Assembly: GCF_009914755.1 (NCBI RefSeq)
Contig: NC_060930.1
DNA length: 64,000 nt
Strand: one strand, 5' to 3'
DNA from: the human T2T-CHM13v2.0 reference genome, Homo sapiens
A program made the position numbers and the translations under genes. Of the stretch, positions 1 to 13,737 are shown one piece after another. The first letter of the stretch is position 1; every line of letters starts with the position of its first letter. The notes beneath the pieces were generated by a model. That model had not been told where the DNA came from. It did no database searches and saw only the letters and a program-made list of their open reading frames with translations.

Positions 1-689
1 CTTCAATACATAGTTCAATTTTAGGAAATTAATTTTCTATGCCAAAAGCATATTTGCAGATTGATTAGTTTATTTTCCTCTAAAGCATTTCTGAAACTCT
101 TTCTTCTTTCTAATAATAGTTGTTTAACCTGAATGCATTTTCATTAGTGCAGTCCACCTCTAAGAATTGTCACACAGTGAGACAGGGAAGCTTGGATATT
201 TTAAAATATATTTTGACTTTCCTTGATTGATGATTGTCTATGAAAGTATTAAATTCTCAGTACTTGAGGCTGTTATATTCACTGTCTGAGCAAGACCCCC
301 ATAGCACCAGAGAGAGCTCTCAGAGAAGCAGGAAGTCATAAGCCCTTGAGTTTTTTTTCCAAAAAATTATTTTTTAGATTTTATAATCAAGATTTTTATA
401 TATGTTCTATCCCAAGTAATAAGCTAAATGCATTTTAAGGTCACAAAATTTGTATTTTCATCAAAGATGAAATTCAGAGTAAGTATAAAGTTAAAAATAG
501 TAATATTTCCAGATTTTTAAAGGTCTTTGAAAAAATATTTAAATGACAAGGCAAAGCACAAGTTATACCAACATCAAAATGTTAAATCAAAATCATTTTT
601 AGACAGGTGACATTTTTATGTTTTATTTTGAAAACTGATTAAATCTTTTAAGACATTTTAAAATAACCTATTTTGTTATAATTTTATAT

Positions 690-1250
690 TTACAAAAGTC
701 ATAAAAATAATGAGATAATTCCTTATCTCGTTTCCCCTATTGTTAACATCTTACTTTACCATGCTATATTTCTCACAATTAAGAAAGCAACATTGGCACA
801 TCATTATGAACTGAATTCCATATTTTATTCAAATTTCATCAGTTTTCCACTAGTGTTCTTTTCTGTTTTAGAATCCAATCTGGGATACCATATTGCATTT
901 TATTTTTGTGTCTCCTTAGTCTTCTCTGGTCTATGATGGTTTCATAGTCTTTCTCTCTTTTTCATCTTTCTCTCTTGAAAGATTTTAGGAGTACTGGTAT
1001 TTTGTAGAGTGTCCTTCAGTTGGGGTTTATCTGATGTTTTTCTCATGATTAGATGGTGGTCATGGATTTAGGGGAAGAATACCAAAAAGTGAGGTACTCT
1101 TCTTGTCATATGTCAGGGGACACCTGCTATACACATGAGAAGCTGATGTTTGCCACTTCTTCAGTGTAAGTTTACATACTCTATCTTTTGGAGATGAGCC
1201 ACTAAATCCAGCTCATAATCAGGAAGATGGGGAAATTAAGGTTTGTTCCA
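690..1250 (-). mobile_element. Ancient L1 3' UTR fragment (L1MC/L1MD group)
   Basis: Motifs 'gtttcccctattgttaacatcttac', 'gggataccatattgcattt' and 'tgatgtttttctcatgattag' match recalled L1MC 3' ends; same family as 10570-11955. Confidence 0.65.
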
Positions 1251-1254
1251 TATT

Positions 1255-4200
1255 TTTTGTTATTATTTTATTTTAGGCTCAGAGGGTACATGTACATGTT
1301 TGTTAAATGTATATATTGCATAATGGTGAGGTTTGGGTTTCTAGTAAACTGTTACCAAATAGTGAACATTGTACTCAACCGGTAATTTTTCAACCCTCAG
1401 CCCCTTCTAGCTTTCCCTCTATTGGAATCCCCAGTGTCTATTATTTCCATTTTTATGTCGATGTATATGCATTGTTTAGCTCCAACTTATACGTGAGAAC
1501 ATATAGTACTTTGTATTAGTCCGTTCTCACACTGCTATAAAGAAATACCTGAGACTGGGTAATATATGAAGGAAAGAGGTTTAATTAACTCACAATTCCA
1601 CAGGGCTAGGGAGGCCTCAGAAAACTTACAATCATGGTGGAAGGGGAAGCAGACACCTCTTACAGGGTGGCAGCAGAGAAAGAGGAGCAAGTGTGAAGGA
1701 GGAACTGTCAAACACTTATAAAACCATCAGATCTCATGAGAACACACTGACTATCACAAGAAAGGCATTGGGAAAACTGCCTCCATGATCCAATCACCTC
1801 CAACCAGGTCCCTCCCTTGACATGTGGGGATAATGAGGATTACAATTAAAGATGAGATTTGGGTGGAGACACAGAGTCAAACCGTATCATATTTTATTTT
1901 CTCTTTCTGAGTTATTTCACTTAGGATAATGGCCTCCAGCTCCGTTCATGTTTCTGTAAAGATCATAATTTTATTCTTTTCTATGGCTGCATAGTATTCC
2001 ATGGTGTATTTGTACTATGTTACCTTTATTCAACGTACCGTTGATGGACATGTAGGTTGATTTCATGACTTTGCTGTTGTGAATAGTGCTGCAATAAACA
2101 TATGAGTGCGGGGGTCTTTTTGATAAAACTATTTCTTTTTCTTTGCATAGATACCTAATAGTAAGTTTGCTGGGTTGAATAGTAGTTTTATTTTTACTTC
2201 TTTGAGAAATCTCTATGCTGTTTTCAATAGAGATTGAACTAATTTACAGTCCCATCAACAGTGAATATGCATTCCCTTTTCTCCACATCCATGCCAACAT
2301 CTGTTTGACTTTTTAATAATAGGCACTCTAACTGATGTGAGATGATATTTTATATGACTAATTCTGTTTCTCTGAAAATTAGTGATGCTGTGCATTTTTT
2401 ATATATTTATTGGCCACTTGTATGTCTTCTTTTGAGAAGCTTCTGAAGGTTCACAACCTTTGCCTACTTTTTAATGGGGTTATTTGGTTTTTTCTTGTTG
2501 AATTGTTTGAGTTCCTTATATATTCTTGATACTAGTCTTTTTGTTCTGGTTATTATATATTTGTAGTCATTAATCCTTTGTATTTGTATTTTTTTTGGTC
2601 TCAATTTCATTTAGTTCTTCTCTCACTTTGTTATTTTTTTTTTCTGCTGCTGGCTTTGAGGTTTTTTGTTGTTGTTTTTGTTTTTCTAGTTCCTTGATGT
2701 GTGATGTTAGGCTTTTAATTTGAAAGCTTTCTTTTTGGTGTAGGCATATATAGCACTGCTTTTGTTATATTCCAGAGGTTTTGGTATTTTGTGTCTCTAT
2801 TTTCATTAATTTCAAAAAAAAAATTATTTCTGTCTTAATTTTATTGTTTACCCCAAAGTCATTCAGGAGCAAGTTGTTTAGTTTCCTTGTACTTGTGTGG
2901 TTTTGAGAGATACTGTTAGTATTGATTTCTAATTTTATTCCACTGTGGTCTGAGAAGTTACTTCATATGATTTCATTTTTAAAAAATTTATTGAGATTTG
3001 CTTTATGTCCAAGCATACAGCAAATTTTAGAGAATGTTACATGCACAGATGAGAAAAATATGTATTCTGCAGTTGTTGGGTAGAATGTTCTATAGATGTC
3101 TATTAAGTATATTTAGTCAAGAGTCCAGTTTAAGTTCAGTTTCCTTGTTAATCTTCTGTCTTGATTATTTGAGTAGTGCAGTTAGTGAAGTGTTGAAGTC
3201 CCCCACTATTACTGTATGGCTGTCTATCTCTTTAGGTCTAGTAGTATTTGTTTTATAAACCTGAGTGCTCAGGTGTTGGGTGTTTATATATTTAGGGTAG
3301 TTAAATCTTCTTGTTGAATAAATCCTTTATCATTAGATAATACCTGTCTTTTTCTTTTTTTACTGTTGGTTGTTTGAAGTCTGTTTTATCTGATATAAGA
3401 ATAGCAACTACTGCTCTTTTTTGTTTTCCATTTGCATGATATATATTTTCCACCCATTTACTTTGAACTTAGGGCTTCTACATGTTATATGAGTCTCTTG
3501 TAGACAGCAGATATTTGTTTTTTTTTTAATCTAATTTGTGAATCTATATCTTTTAAGTGGAGTATTTATGCTATTTGTGTTTAAGGTTAATATTGATAGT
3601 GAAGTTTGGTTCCTCTCATAGTTTCATTATCTGGTTACTTTTTAGTCTCAACTATGTAATTGCTTTACAGGAACTGTGAAATTTTTACTTATGTATGTTT
3701 TTATGGTAGCAAGTATCATCCTTTTGCTTCCATGTTTAGAACTCCTTTGAACATTTCTTGCAGGGCTGATCTAGAGGTGATGAATTCCCTTAGTGTTTGC
3801 TTGTCTGTGAAAGACTTTATTTCTTCTTTATTTATGAAGCTTAGGTGGGCAGGATATAAAATTCTTGACTGACTTTTTTTTTTTTTTTTTTTTATTCTGT
3901 AAGGAGGCTAAAAATAGGCCCCTAATCTCTACTGGCTTGTAAGGCTTCTGCTGAGAAGTCTGTTGTTAGTTTGATGGGATTCTCTTTATAAGTGATTTGA
4001 CCCTTTTCTCTAGCTGCCTTTAAGATTTTTTATCGTTGATCTTGGATAATCTGATGACTGTATACCTTGGTGATGTTTGTCTTTATGATATTTCATGGGT
4101 ATTATCTGAATTTCTTTCATCTGGATGTCTACCTCTCTAGCAAGGTCAGGAAAATTTTCCTGAATTGTTCTCTCAAATATGTTTTCCAAATTTCTTACTT

Positions 4201-5627
4201 TTTCTTATCTCTCAGGAATGCATATAATACATGGTCACTTGATATAATCTCATATTTCTCAAAGGCTTTGTTTCTTTTTTAAATTTTTTATTTATTTTTG
4301 TCTGACTGAGTTAATTCATAAGACCAGTCTTCAAGATCTGAAATTCTTTCTTCTGCTTGATCTAGTCTATTGTGAAAGCTTTTATCGATTTTGAAATTCC
4401 TTTACTGAAAATTTTATTTCTAGAAGTTCTGTTTTTTTAATATAGCAATCTTGATTTAATATCCTGAATTGTTTTTGGGTTTTTTTTTATGTTGTTTTTC
4501 ACCTTTCTCTTGGATCTCATTGAATTTCCTTACAATCCATACTTAGAATTCTTTATCTGTCATTTCAAAATTTTCATTTTGGTTAGAATGCGTTGCCCAA
4601 AAGCTAGTGCGGTCTTCTGGAGGTGTGAAAATACTCTGTCTTTTTGTAATGCTGGAGTTCTTGTGCTGTGTCCTTCTCATGTGAAGTAGCTGTTGCTTCT
4701 TAAGTTTGAATTTACTGTCATTTCATTGAGACTTTTTAATTGTTACATTTTTTCCCCTTGAGGGTGTGACTATGGTATATGTTTTTTTCTGATCATTTGA
4801 CTTTGTTTCTGCATGCTTTCAGGGCCAAGACTCTGGGTTCCTTGGTTATGGGTAGCTTTTGTTAAGTGGCTTTCTCAAATGCTCCTTGTTATAGAGAAGT
4901 ATTGGATATATGAGCTGACTCACTATCTTCTGTGAGGCTAGGAGTGCAGAAGTCTCAGGATGCTTTTCTTGGACACTAGAACTATGCCCTTCTTACAGAA
5001 AGTTTTTTGTTTGGTGGTGCAGTTCAATCTTCAGTCAGGTAGGTGGTGCTTAAAGTTAAGATCTGGCTCATCCTTAGGTAGGTTGATAATGAGTGGAAGC
5101 ACCCACCATCATGGTGTGGGGGAGTGGTGAGGAGATTTTATATTGGGATGCACTGAAGTCTCTGGGGTAGGGGTAACACAGGGGGCCTCACAAGCAACTT
5201 GCCATAGACAGACAGGAATGCAATCCACTTTCCTATCATCCCCCTGTTGCAGAGCTCACAAGCTTCAGTTCATATAGACATTGTCTTCTGGCTCCCAGCT
5301 GCAGTGCAACTAAAGTCTGCAGGAATGCCCCTCTGGCAGCTACCTCTGAAACGGGCTTGGGGCAAAGGCTCTTCCTCCAGTCCAGAGCAGATAGCTCTGT
5401 GACTTGTCTTCCCTCTGTTGCTGGGACCCTGCTGCTCTCTGTGGGGAAAGAAAGATAGTCTCTGCCTTTCATGCATGCCTGAGTGGTGCAGATTCACTTT
5501 AAACAGGGGTGAAGCTGCTGTGAAATGTCCTGGAAAGGCTGTCTCCAAGTGCACTACTCCAGCCCCCAGCAAGGAGAGCCTCTGCTGTGTCTGCAACAGT
5601 GGATCGGGGAGTGGGAGATGACCCACT
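1255..5627 (-). mobile_element. L1PB4-like LINE-1: 3' UTR, ORF2 ends, ORF1 and GC-richer 5' region, with an internal ~2-kb deletion
   Basis: T-rich tail at ~1255, then 'gggtacatgtacatgtttgtt...ggtgaggtttggg...ccccagtgtctatt'; ORF2 C-terminus 1890-2540; EN-region sequence ~2565-3600; ORF1-like ~3700-4700; 5' UTR-like to ~5627. Confidence 0.8.
1512..1889 (-). mobile_element. MaLR solo LTR (THE1D/THE1C-like)
   Basis: tgtattagtccgttctcac...acagagtcaaaccgtatca termini; 5-bp TSD tactt/tattt; interrupts the L1 3' UTR. Confidence 0.9.
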
Positions 5628-5649
5628 TAATAATAATTAAGTAGTCATT

Positions 5650-5980
5650 TGGGGAAAATACAAATAAAACCTCAAGTGATATTATTCCATACCTATTGGT
5701 GAGGCAAAAATTAGAAGGACTGATGATACCAAATGTTGGACAATATGTAGAGCACTGGAGTTCCCATATACTGTTGGAAAGAGTGTAATTTGGTACAATT
5801 GCTTTGGAAATCTGTCAGTATCTACTAAATCCAAATAGTTGGCTATTTATTATCCAGAAATTCCACTCTAATTTACATACTCTCAGAAATGCATTTATTT
5901 CTTCACCAAAATGTATAAGAATGTTCGTGGCAGCTTTACCAAGCAATAGCTCAAAACTTTAAACAAGCAAAATGAACAGA
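5650..5980 (+). mobile_element. Ancient L1ME-type ORF2 C-terminal fragment
   Basis: 'taccaaatgttgg...gagtgtaatttggtacaattgctttggaaa...ccagaaattccactc' is degenerate ORF2 Cys-rich region. Confidence 0.65.
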
Positions 5981-6649
5981 TCCAACAAATATAGGGTAGA
6001 AATATCAGATGTTAGTGTGATTTTATGTGGGGGATATGGAAGAATGAGGAGTCCATGATGAATGTCAGGTTTCTATCTTGGCAACTGAGTGGAAATGTGA
6101 TGACATTTATTGCAAGCAAACACAGAATATGGAGCTGATTTGAGGGAAAGGATGAGTTCCTTTTTGGACTCATTGACTTTGAGGTGCATAAAAATCCAGC
6201 CAAATGGAGATATTTAGTAGCATAAGGGTATAAATCCCAGGAGAAGAATCTGAATCATAGATGTATTTTCTGAGATATGAACTTTTAGTTCGCAATTAAA
6301 ATGAATAACATCTCCCATAGAGATTGTGCCGATTGAGATGTTGAGAGGACATATGACAGAACTGAATTGACATTTAAGGAAAAGTACAGAAAATAAAAGT
6401 CCACAAAAATCTATTAAATCATTCAAAATTTAGAAAGTGCTTGAACACCTAATATAGGCCAAACACAGTTTCAGGCAATGGAGATATATAATTATACTGA
6501 ACATGTAAATCCTTGCCCTCATGTAGTTTACATTCGATTGGGAGAAACAGACAATAAATAACAAGTTTTTATATTACTTGCCAATAAATGCTGTGACGAA
6601 ACATAAAACAGGAAATAAACATAGAGACGTTGTTGGGGCAATTTTAAGT

Positions 6650-7340
6650 TTTTAAATTTTTTTATTGTGGTAAATTGTATGTAACATAAAATTTACCATC
6701 CTAACCATTTTTAGGCGTATAGTTCAGTACTGTAGATACCTTCATTTCTATTGTTGAGCAACAAGTCCCCAGAATTCTCTTCATGTTAAAAAATAGAAAC
6801 TTTATACCCATTAAATAACTCTCCATTCCCCACCTCCCAGCCCCTGGCAATCACCATTCTACTCTCTGTCTCTATGAGTCTGACTACTTTAGGTACCTCA
6901 GACAAGGGGAATTGCATAGCTGTTTGTCCTTTTGTAACTGGCTTGTTTTACTTAGCATAATGGCCTCGAGGTTCATTCACGTTGTAGCATGTGTCATAAT
7001 TTCCTTTATTTTTAAGGCTAACTAATATCCCATTGTACATATATGTTACATTTTGTTTATTCATTCATCAGTGAACACTTGGATTTCTTCCACATTTTTG
7101 TAATTGTGAATAATGCTACTTTGAACATGGGTGTCCAAATACCTGTTCAAGTCTCTGTTTTCAGTTCTTTAGTGTATATACCCAGCAGTGAAATTGCTAG
7201 ATCATATGGTAATTCTATTTTTTTATTTTTTGAGGAACTGTCATATTGTTTTTCATAGCAACTGCACCATTTTATATTCCCACACACAGTGCACAGGTGT
7301 TCAATTTTTACATGCCTCACCAACACTTGTTACTTTCTGT
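6650..7340 (-). mobile_element. L1MB-type 3' fragment
   Basis: 'tttattgtggtaaa...aacataaaatttaccatcctaaccattttta...cagcccctggcaatcaccattctac'. Confidence 0.8.
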
Positions 7341-7959
7341 TGGAAGTTTGTACTTTTAAATAGGGTGATGGAGGTAGGCTTTATTGAGTTGGTAAAATTT
7401 GAGTAATGATCTTAAGAAAGTCAGGGAATGCTCCAAATTATGAGAAAGAATAGGTAAATGGCAAGAGGAGTGAGAAAAGAAATAACAAAAGTGAAGTCTT
7501 CCAAAAAATCAAGAGAGGAGGAAACAAACTTAACATTCTACAGAGAAAAAAATCAGTACTAACAATTATCCATTGATTCATCACCATGAACATCACTGGT
7601 GGACCTGACAAGATACATTCTGGTGGAGCAGCGTAAGCACAAACTCCATCATAGGGGACTGAACAATGAATGAATATGGGCTCTTTCCATGCAGAAAATG
7701 TTGACTATTTTTAAAAAGTTAGTTGTAAAAGGGAAGACAATGGTAGTGACGTTGCTGTGGGAGATAGCAGGCTGAAGAAAGGTTTCGTTTGTTTATCTTT
7801 AAGATAGGAAAGTCTTGAGTATGTAGAAAATATTGATGAGAAGAAGCCAGTAGAAAAGAAGAGTTAGTGGTAGAAGACACAGGAATAAGAGTTTAACTAA
7901 CAAGATCAAGAGATCTCTGGAGATACTGGAGGGATTGAGATCTGAGCCGTGAAACTCAA

Positions 7960-8362
7960 TGTATTAGGCCATTCTTGCATTGCTATAAAGAAATACCTGA
8001 GACAAGGTAATTTATAAAGAAAAGAGGTTTAATTGGCTTATGGTTCTGCAGGCTTTGCAGGAAGCATGGTGTGGCATCTGCTTGGTTTCTGGAGAGGCCT
8101 CAGGGAGCTTTTACTTATGGCAGAAGGTGAAGCAGGAGGAGACATGTCATGTGGTGAGAGCAGGAGCAAGAGAGAGGTGGGAGGTGCCACTCATTTTGAA
8201 ACAGCCAGATCCCATGAGAATTCACTCACTATCATGAGGACAGCACCAAGCCATGGGGGATCCACCCCCATGACCCAGACACCTCCCACCAGGCCTCACT
8301 TCCAATACTGTGGATTACATTTCAACTTGAGATCTGGGGGAATAAATATCCAAACTATATTA
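7960..8362 (-). mobile_element. MaLR solo LTR (MSTB-like)
   Basis: tgtattaggccattcttgcattgctataaagaaatacctgag...atccaaactatatta; degenerate TSD ctcaa/ttcag. Confidence 0.9.
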
Positions 8363-10123
8363 TTCAGTGAATATCTTTGATGGAAGGCAGATGGAGGAGT
8401 TGTTATGTGTGGATGAAGGGAATTTATGTAGCAGACATTTCATGGCTTTTTGATGATGATGTCTATCATCACTGTAAGGTAGGGTGAGTTCATCTGCTCA
8501 GACTGGCAGCAGAGATGGTAGGATTGAATGTTTAAGACAAAGAGATCAACAATTTGTGAGCGTCTGTGAAGTATCTGACTCGAAAAAAAATGAAAGGCTT
8601 TGTGGGCAACATTGAGAGTACATTTGAGATAGAAGACTGCAACTAAATTTTTATACTAGCTATTTAATAATTTATAGACACTAAATCATACCTGAGGAAA
8701 GCCTAGGTGGTTGTTTTATTAATCCCTAAATTGAGTTAGGAACCTCTAATGACACCTTATCTAATGACAGCTACCTGTGTTGGAGGAATAATGCTGGGAA
8801 GGTAAGAATTCAATCCAGTGGGCTCAATCTTTTAATCTCTAACTGGAAAAGTGATGGAAAAGACACAAATGTGTACTGAAAACAAGGAAGAATATTTTAA
8901 TTCATAATAAACTTTTACAATGTAAATGAATACCAATTTAGAAACTGCACTTTTGAAATACTTCTGTTATCTTTGCTGCCATAGGAATTTCTTGGTGAAA
9001 GACTGAACTAGCAATTACAAACTTTACAAATGAGGAATACACATGTCCCCTGCCTGGTATCTGTTGCAATTGCCCTTTATTCAATCACCCACAGCTGGAG
9101 TAATTGGATCTTTAGGTACAGGTTAATGGGATAATTAGGCAAACATGATCAAACTTGTATACTATGAGGAAATGGATGGCTGCTGTCTCTGAGCCTCCTG
9201 TTGTAGGCTGTGCTTGTGCAACCTGTTCTTCATTTCTATGGGCAATAAAGTAGGAGATGGATTAGCTGCAAGTGATTTCATCTGTCTGTAAGTGGAAGTG
9301 TGGTTTGATTTAAATGATTTTTAAGAGGCAGCTACAGAAATAACTAGCTAGAGATGAAATGGATGAGGTATGCCTGCTTCACAAAGAGCCAGTGTAATTT
9401 GGCCCTGGTATTTCATAGTCTTTTGGATGCCATTTTCTCCCTAATACATTAATAGCATGCTCATCTAGGAGGCTGTTTTCTCATAGATCTTACAGAGGAA
9501 ATAGAAAATGACATGATTCCATGGAAGAATATAATAGAAAGCAAACACCCAGCAGTAAATGCCCAAATAGAGTAAAGCCCATGAAATGGGGAAGGCCCAT
9601 CACACTGTCTTCTGAAGATTAATATAATTTCATTTATCTTTTTCATGGTTATTTCTATGAGTTCTGACTGCCTAGAACTCTGTGTTATGAGAAATCATGG
9701 GAAAGCTGGTGCCTGATTTCCCATTGCCTTTCCAGAAAGATAGACCTACTTTAGGTGCACAGCTATACATACGGGAGTGGGGACTTAACATCACCTATCT
9801 TAATATGCACCTGCTAATGAACTCCACCCCTCTTCTTCCTAGTTTGACAACTCCACTATGGGAGTGTTAAGTGATGAGAATGTCTTATCTCCAATGGTTA
9901 CAATTGAAATGTCACTATGTTAACCTGAAGTTGCTTTTTCACCTTCTGTTACCATAGATTTGCTTGTTGAGTGATGGTATATGGGCCAGTAATATGACTT
10001 AAGGGAGGAGTCTAATAACTGGTTACAACAGGCCCTTTCAGAGAAAGGCACTGAGATATGACTATCAGGTTTAGACTAATTATATTCTGGAACAATAATT
10101 GGGGTCATCAGTTTGGCACTATG

Positions 10124-10486
10124 CAGATGCTCCTTGACCTTCAATAGGGTTGGTTTCCAGTAAACCTATTGTAAGTTGTAAATGCATTTAGTGCACCTAA
10201 CCTAGCAAACATCATAGCTTAGCCTAGCCTCCCCAAAACATGCTCAGAACACTTAACATTAGCCCACAGTTGGACAACGTTGTCTAACATAAAGCCTATT
10301 TTATAATAAAGTGTTGAATATTTCATGTAACTTATTGAATACCATGCTGGAAATGAAAAACAGAGAGCAGTTGTATGGGTACTCAAGGTATGTCAAGGTA
10401 TGGCTTCTACTGAATGCATATTGCTTTTGTATCATTGTAATGTCAAAATATTTTAAGTCAAACCATCATAAATTGGGGACTGCCTG
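10124..10486 (+). mobile_element. MER47A (TcMar-Tigger MITE)
   Basis: cagatgctccttgac...catcatagcttagcctagcc...ggggactgcctg followed by TA; internal 10-bp duplication tcaaggtatg x2 at 10383-10402. Confidence 0.85.
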
Positions 10487-10569
10487 TATACAATTTTCAT
10501 ATATTTGGCTCTGCCCAGGGTCTACCTCACATTTTCAATAATGTAGAAAATTAAAATGAAAACTTTTTA

Positions 10570-11955
10570 TTTATTTATTAAAATAATCCTTTCCTTTTAG
10601 AATACTTTTAGAATGACAGAATTATTGTGAAGTTAGTACAAAGTTCCTGTATATTCCATACTCAGTTTCCCCTATCATCTTACATAAGTATATTTTACTT
10701 GCAACAATTAATGAACCAATATTGGCACATTATTAATAAATGTTCATAATTTATTCAGATTCTATCTGTTTTTTTTCTAATGTCCTTTTTCTGTTCCAGG
10801 ATCCCATCCAGGGTACCACGTTGCATTTAGTTGTCATGTCTCCATAGGTTCCTCTTGGTTGTGACTGTTTTTTTACACTCATTTTTAATTGATATTGATG
10901 GTTTTGAGGAATATTGGTCAGGTACTTTGTAGGATGTCCCTCAATTTGGGTTGTCTGATATTTTTTTCTCATGATTAGACTGGGGTTATGAATTCTGGGG
11001 AGGAAAACCAAAGTTGAAGTACTGTTCTTATAGCATCATATCAAGGGTACACACTGTCAATATACCTTAACACTACTGATGTTGACCTTGACCACCTGGC
11101 TTGAGGTAGAGTTTTCCAAGTTTTTCCACTATAAAGTTGCTCATTCCCCCTCCACTTTCACACTATGCTTTTTGGAAGAAAGTCGCTGCACACTGCTAAC
11201 ATATAAAGAGTGGGGTATTATGCTCTACCTCTTTAGTGCAGAGGATCTACAGAAATTATTTGGAAGTCTTCTGCACAGGAATATTTGTCTATTTTCTCCA
11301 TTTATTTCTTTATTCAGTCACTTATTTACATTAATATAGACTCGTGGATATTTATTTTATACATTGGGTCATAGCCCAATAATGTTATTTTATCATTGTG
11401 GAGGGTTGATTTTTTTTTTTTTTTAGCACTTTCTTTCTGGGTGATATAGTCTGGATATGTGTCCCTGCCCAAATCTCATGTTGAAATATAATCCCAGTGT
11501 TGGAGGTGGGGCCCAGTGGGAGGTGATTGGATCATGGGGGTGGATCCCTTATGAATGGCTCAGGCCATCCCCTTGGTGATAAGTGAGCTTTTGTTCTGAG
11601 TTTGCAGGAGATCCAGTTGTTTAAAAGTGTGTGGCACCTCCCCACTCCATGCTCTCTCTCACCTGTTTCTGCTTTTGCCATGTGACCTGCCTGTTCCCCC
11701 TTTGCCTTCTGCCATGATTCAAAGCTCTATGAGGCTTCACCAGAAGCTGACCAGGTGCTAGCACCATGCTTCCTGTAAAGTCTGCAGAGCTGTGAGCCAA
11801 TTAAACTTCTTTTCTTTATAAATTACCCTGTCTCAGGTATTTTTTATAGCAGTGCAAGAATGGCCTAATACACTGGGACTACAAGAACTTCTAATATCAT
11901 CATGTGTGTTTCTTTCCTTAGTCCTAGAATCAGCGATTTCTCCAAGAAACTTTTA
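10570..11955 (-). mobile_element. L1MC-group 3' UTR, split by an MSTB LTR
   Basis: 'caattaatgaaccaatattg...ctgttccaggatcccatccagggtaccac'; resumes after 11877. Confidence 0.75.
11442..11872 (+). mobile_element. MaLR solo LTR (MSTB-like)
   Basis: tgatatagtctggat...gaatggcctaataca; perfect 5-bp TSD CTGGG (11437-11441, 11873-11877). Confidence 0.92.
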
Positions 11956-12099
11956 AATATGGTCTGGAGTCTTTACTAGGTTTTCAGCTTTGTTTCCTTT
12001 TCTAGAAATAATCTTCATAAATTCACTAATGTCTAGTTTTTGAAAATTCAGAAACATTAATAAACAAAAACATTTGAGGGAATATAAATTGAGTAAAGG

Positions 12100-12428
12100 T
12101 ATGTGAAGCACAGAGGGATCTTGGGGTAGTGACAAACTCTCTATGAGACGGTAATGATGGAGACACATCATTATACATTTGTCCAAATTTATAGAATGTA
12201 CACATCAAGAACAAACCCTAATGTAAGCTATAGACTTTGGGTGAAAATGATGTGTCACTATAGTTTATCTACTGTAAGAATTTAAAGATGGCTCTGGTGG
12301 AGGATGTTGTTAATGGGGAAGCTATGCTGTGTATGGGCAGGGGTAAATGTAAAATCTCTATACATTCCTCTTAATTTTGCTATGAACCTAAAACTGCTCT
12401 AAAAATAGTCTTTAAATTATTAAAAAAA
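12100..12428 (+). mobile_element. L1MC1-like 3' end
   Basis: 'cattatacatttgtccaaa...aaccctaatgtaagctatagactttggg...ttttgctatgaacctaaaactgctctaaaaa'. Confidence 0.8.
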
Positions 12429-13737
12429 TGCAGTCATAAGGTTGTTGCTACCTTCTCATATACCTCATCTGTACAGTGTTGTGAGAGATCAAAGACCAAA
12501 AATAGAAACTCTTAGGATAAGGCTTTTTGTTCAGTTACTAAAATATTTTTTTGAAAAAAGTTAAAAAGATGATTTGGTGAGAATAATACTGAACCAACAT
12601 GGGCAGGGGTACTTCAGATAAAGCCTTGGAACCTCACTCTATTTTACTTTTTATTTGAGACAAACCAAAGCAATAACATGCTTAATCATAGTCCATCTAT
12701 TAGCATATAAAAATACAGTTATTATTAACTATTTCTAGAAGTCATACTGGAATATTGGGATGTATAAATTGACCTAAAAATTGTTGGTTGTCTAACATTC
12801 TAAATAAATCGTCTTTTTTCAACTTTTTTTTTGCTACAGAAAACTTTTTTTTTTTTTTTTTGGAATGGGGTAGTTATGAGTGTCTTTCTAACTCCCAGTG
12901 GAGGTGGTGTTCTATTGTAGAAGGTCGATATTTTATTTTGAAATTTTGAAGTGAGATATGGCAAGATAAGAACTGCTTGACATACTAACTTTACAGTAGT
13001 TTGTACAAGAAAATTATCTTCCAGTCCTGAGGCATTCTAGATGGAAAGATCAAAGTGAGTAGCATCTTGACATAGAATATGCTGTTCTACTTTCAAGTCC
13101 AGTACTGCTGCTGTCACCCTGACAAAAAGTAAAGTCAATGTTGAGTAAGCCATGAAGGGTTCTAAGGCTATTTTGACTGGAAAGGGGAGAAGATTGAATG
13201 AGATAACAATGCAAAATGGGCTGTCTAGATTTTGCAATTGACTTTCCATTTCCTATTCTTTTACTTTTTAGGGCTGTACATTTTATCAATTTTCATAGTG
13301 ATTAATGTACAAAGAGAAGCCATGGTGGAAGACACCTGTGGGAGGCTGGTGGTAAAACCAGAAAGAGGACTGGGGCACATAAAATAATAAAGGTTATAGT
13401 AAAATATTTAAAGAGCCAGGCAGCCTCTCCTTGCTGCCTACCAAAATTCTAATATTCATACAGCGAAGGGAGATATGTAGGGACAGGCATTTAAACATCA
13501 CAGGGAAACTGCTATAAAGTCTGTACCATCTGTGGGAGAAAGCCATGAAACACACATGAAAATTATGGGAGGAGTTGCATGAGGGCAGCCCCTTGGAATA
13601 GAGAAAGTGTAGATTATTTTTCTTTCTCCTTTACACTGAGTACATGCAATCATAAAAAAGGAGGATGGAACCTGGGCAGGAAAAGTGAGGAGAATATATT
13701 CCTAGAGAAGATGAGGGTTTTGGCCATGGATCTAAAG

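Larger units (their letters stand above)
6015..8640 (-). mobile_element. L2 fragments (interrupted by L1MB and MSTB)
   Basis: L2 motifs 'tttggactcattgactttgaggtgc', 'ccttgccctcatgtagtttacattc', 'ttttaaatagggtgatgg', 'catcactggtggacctgacaaga'. Confidence 0.6.

Noticed and set aside
690-11400. Similarity between 700-1250 and 10570-11400 as a segmental duplication
   Set aside because: Both are diverged copies of the same L1MC-group 3' UTR with unrelated flanks
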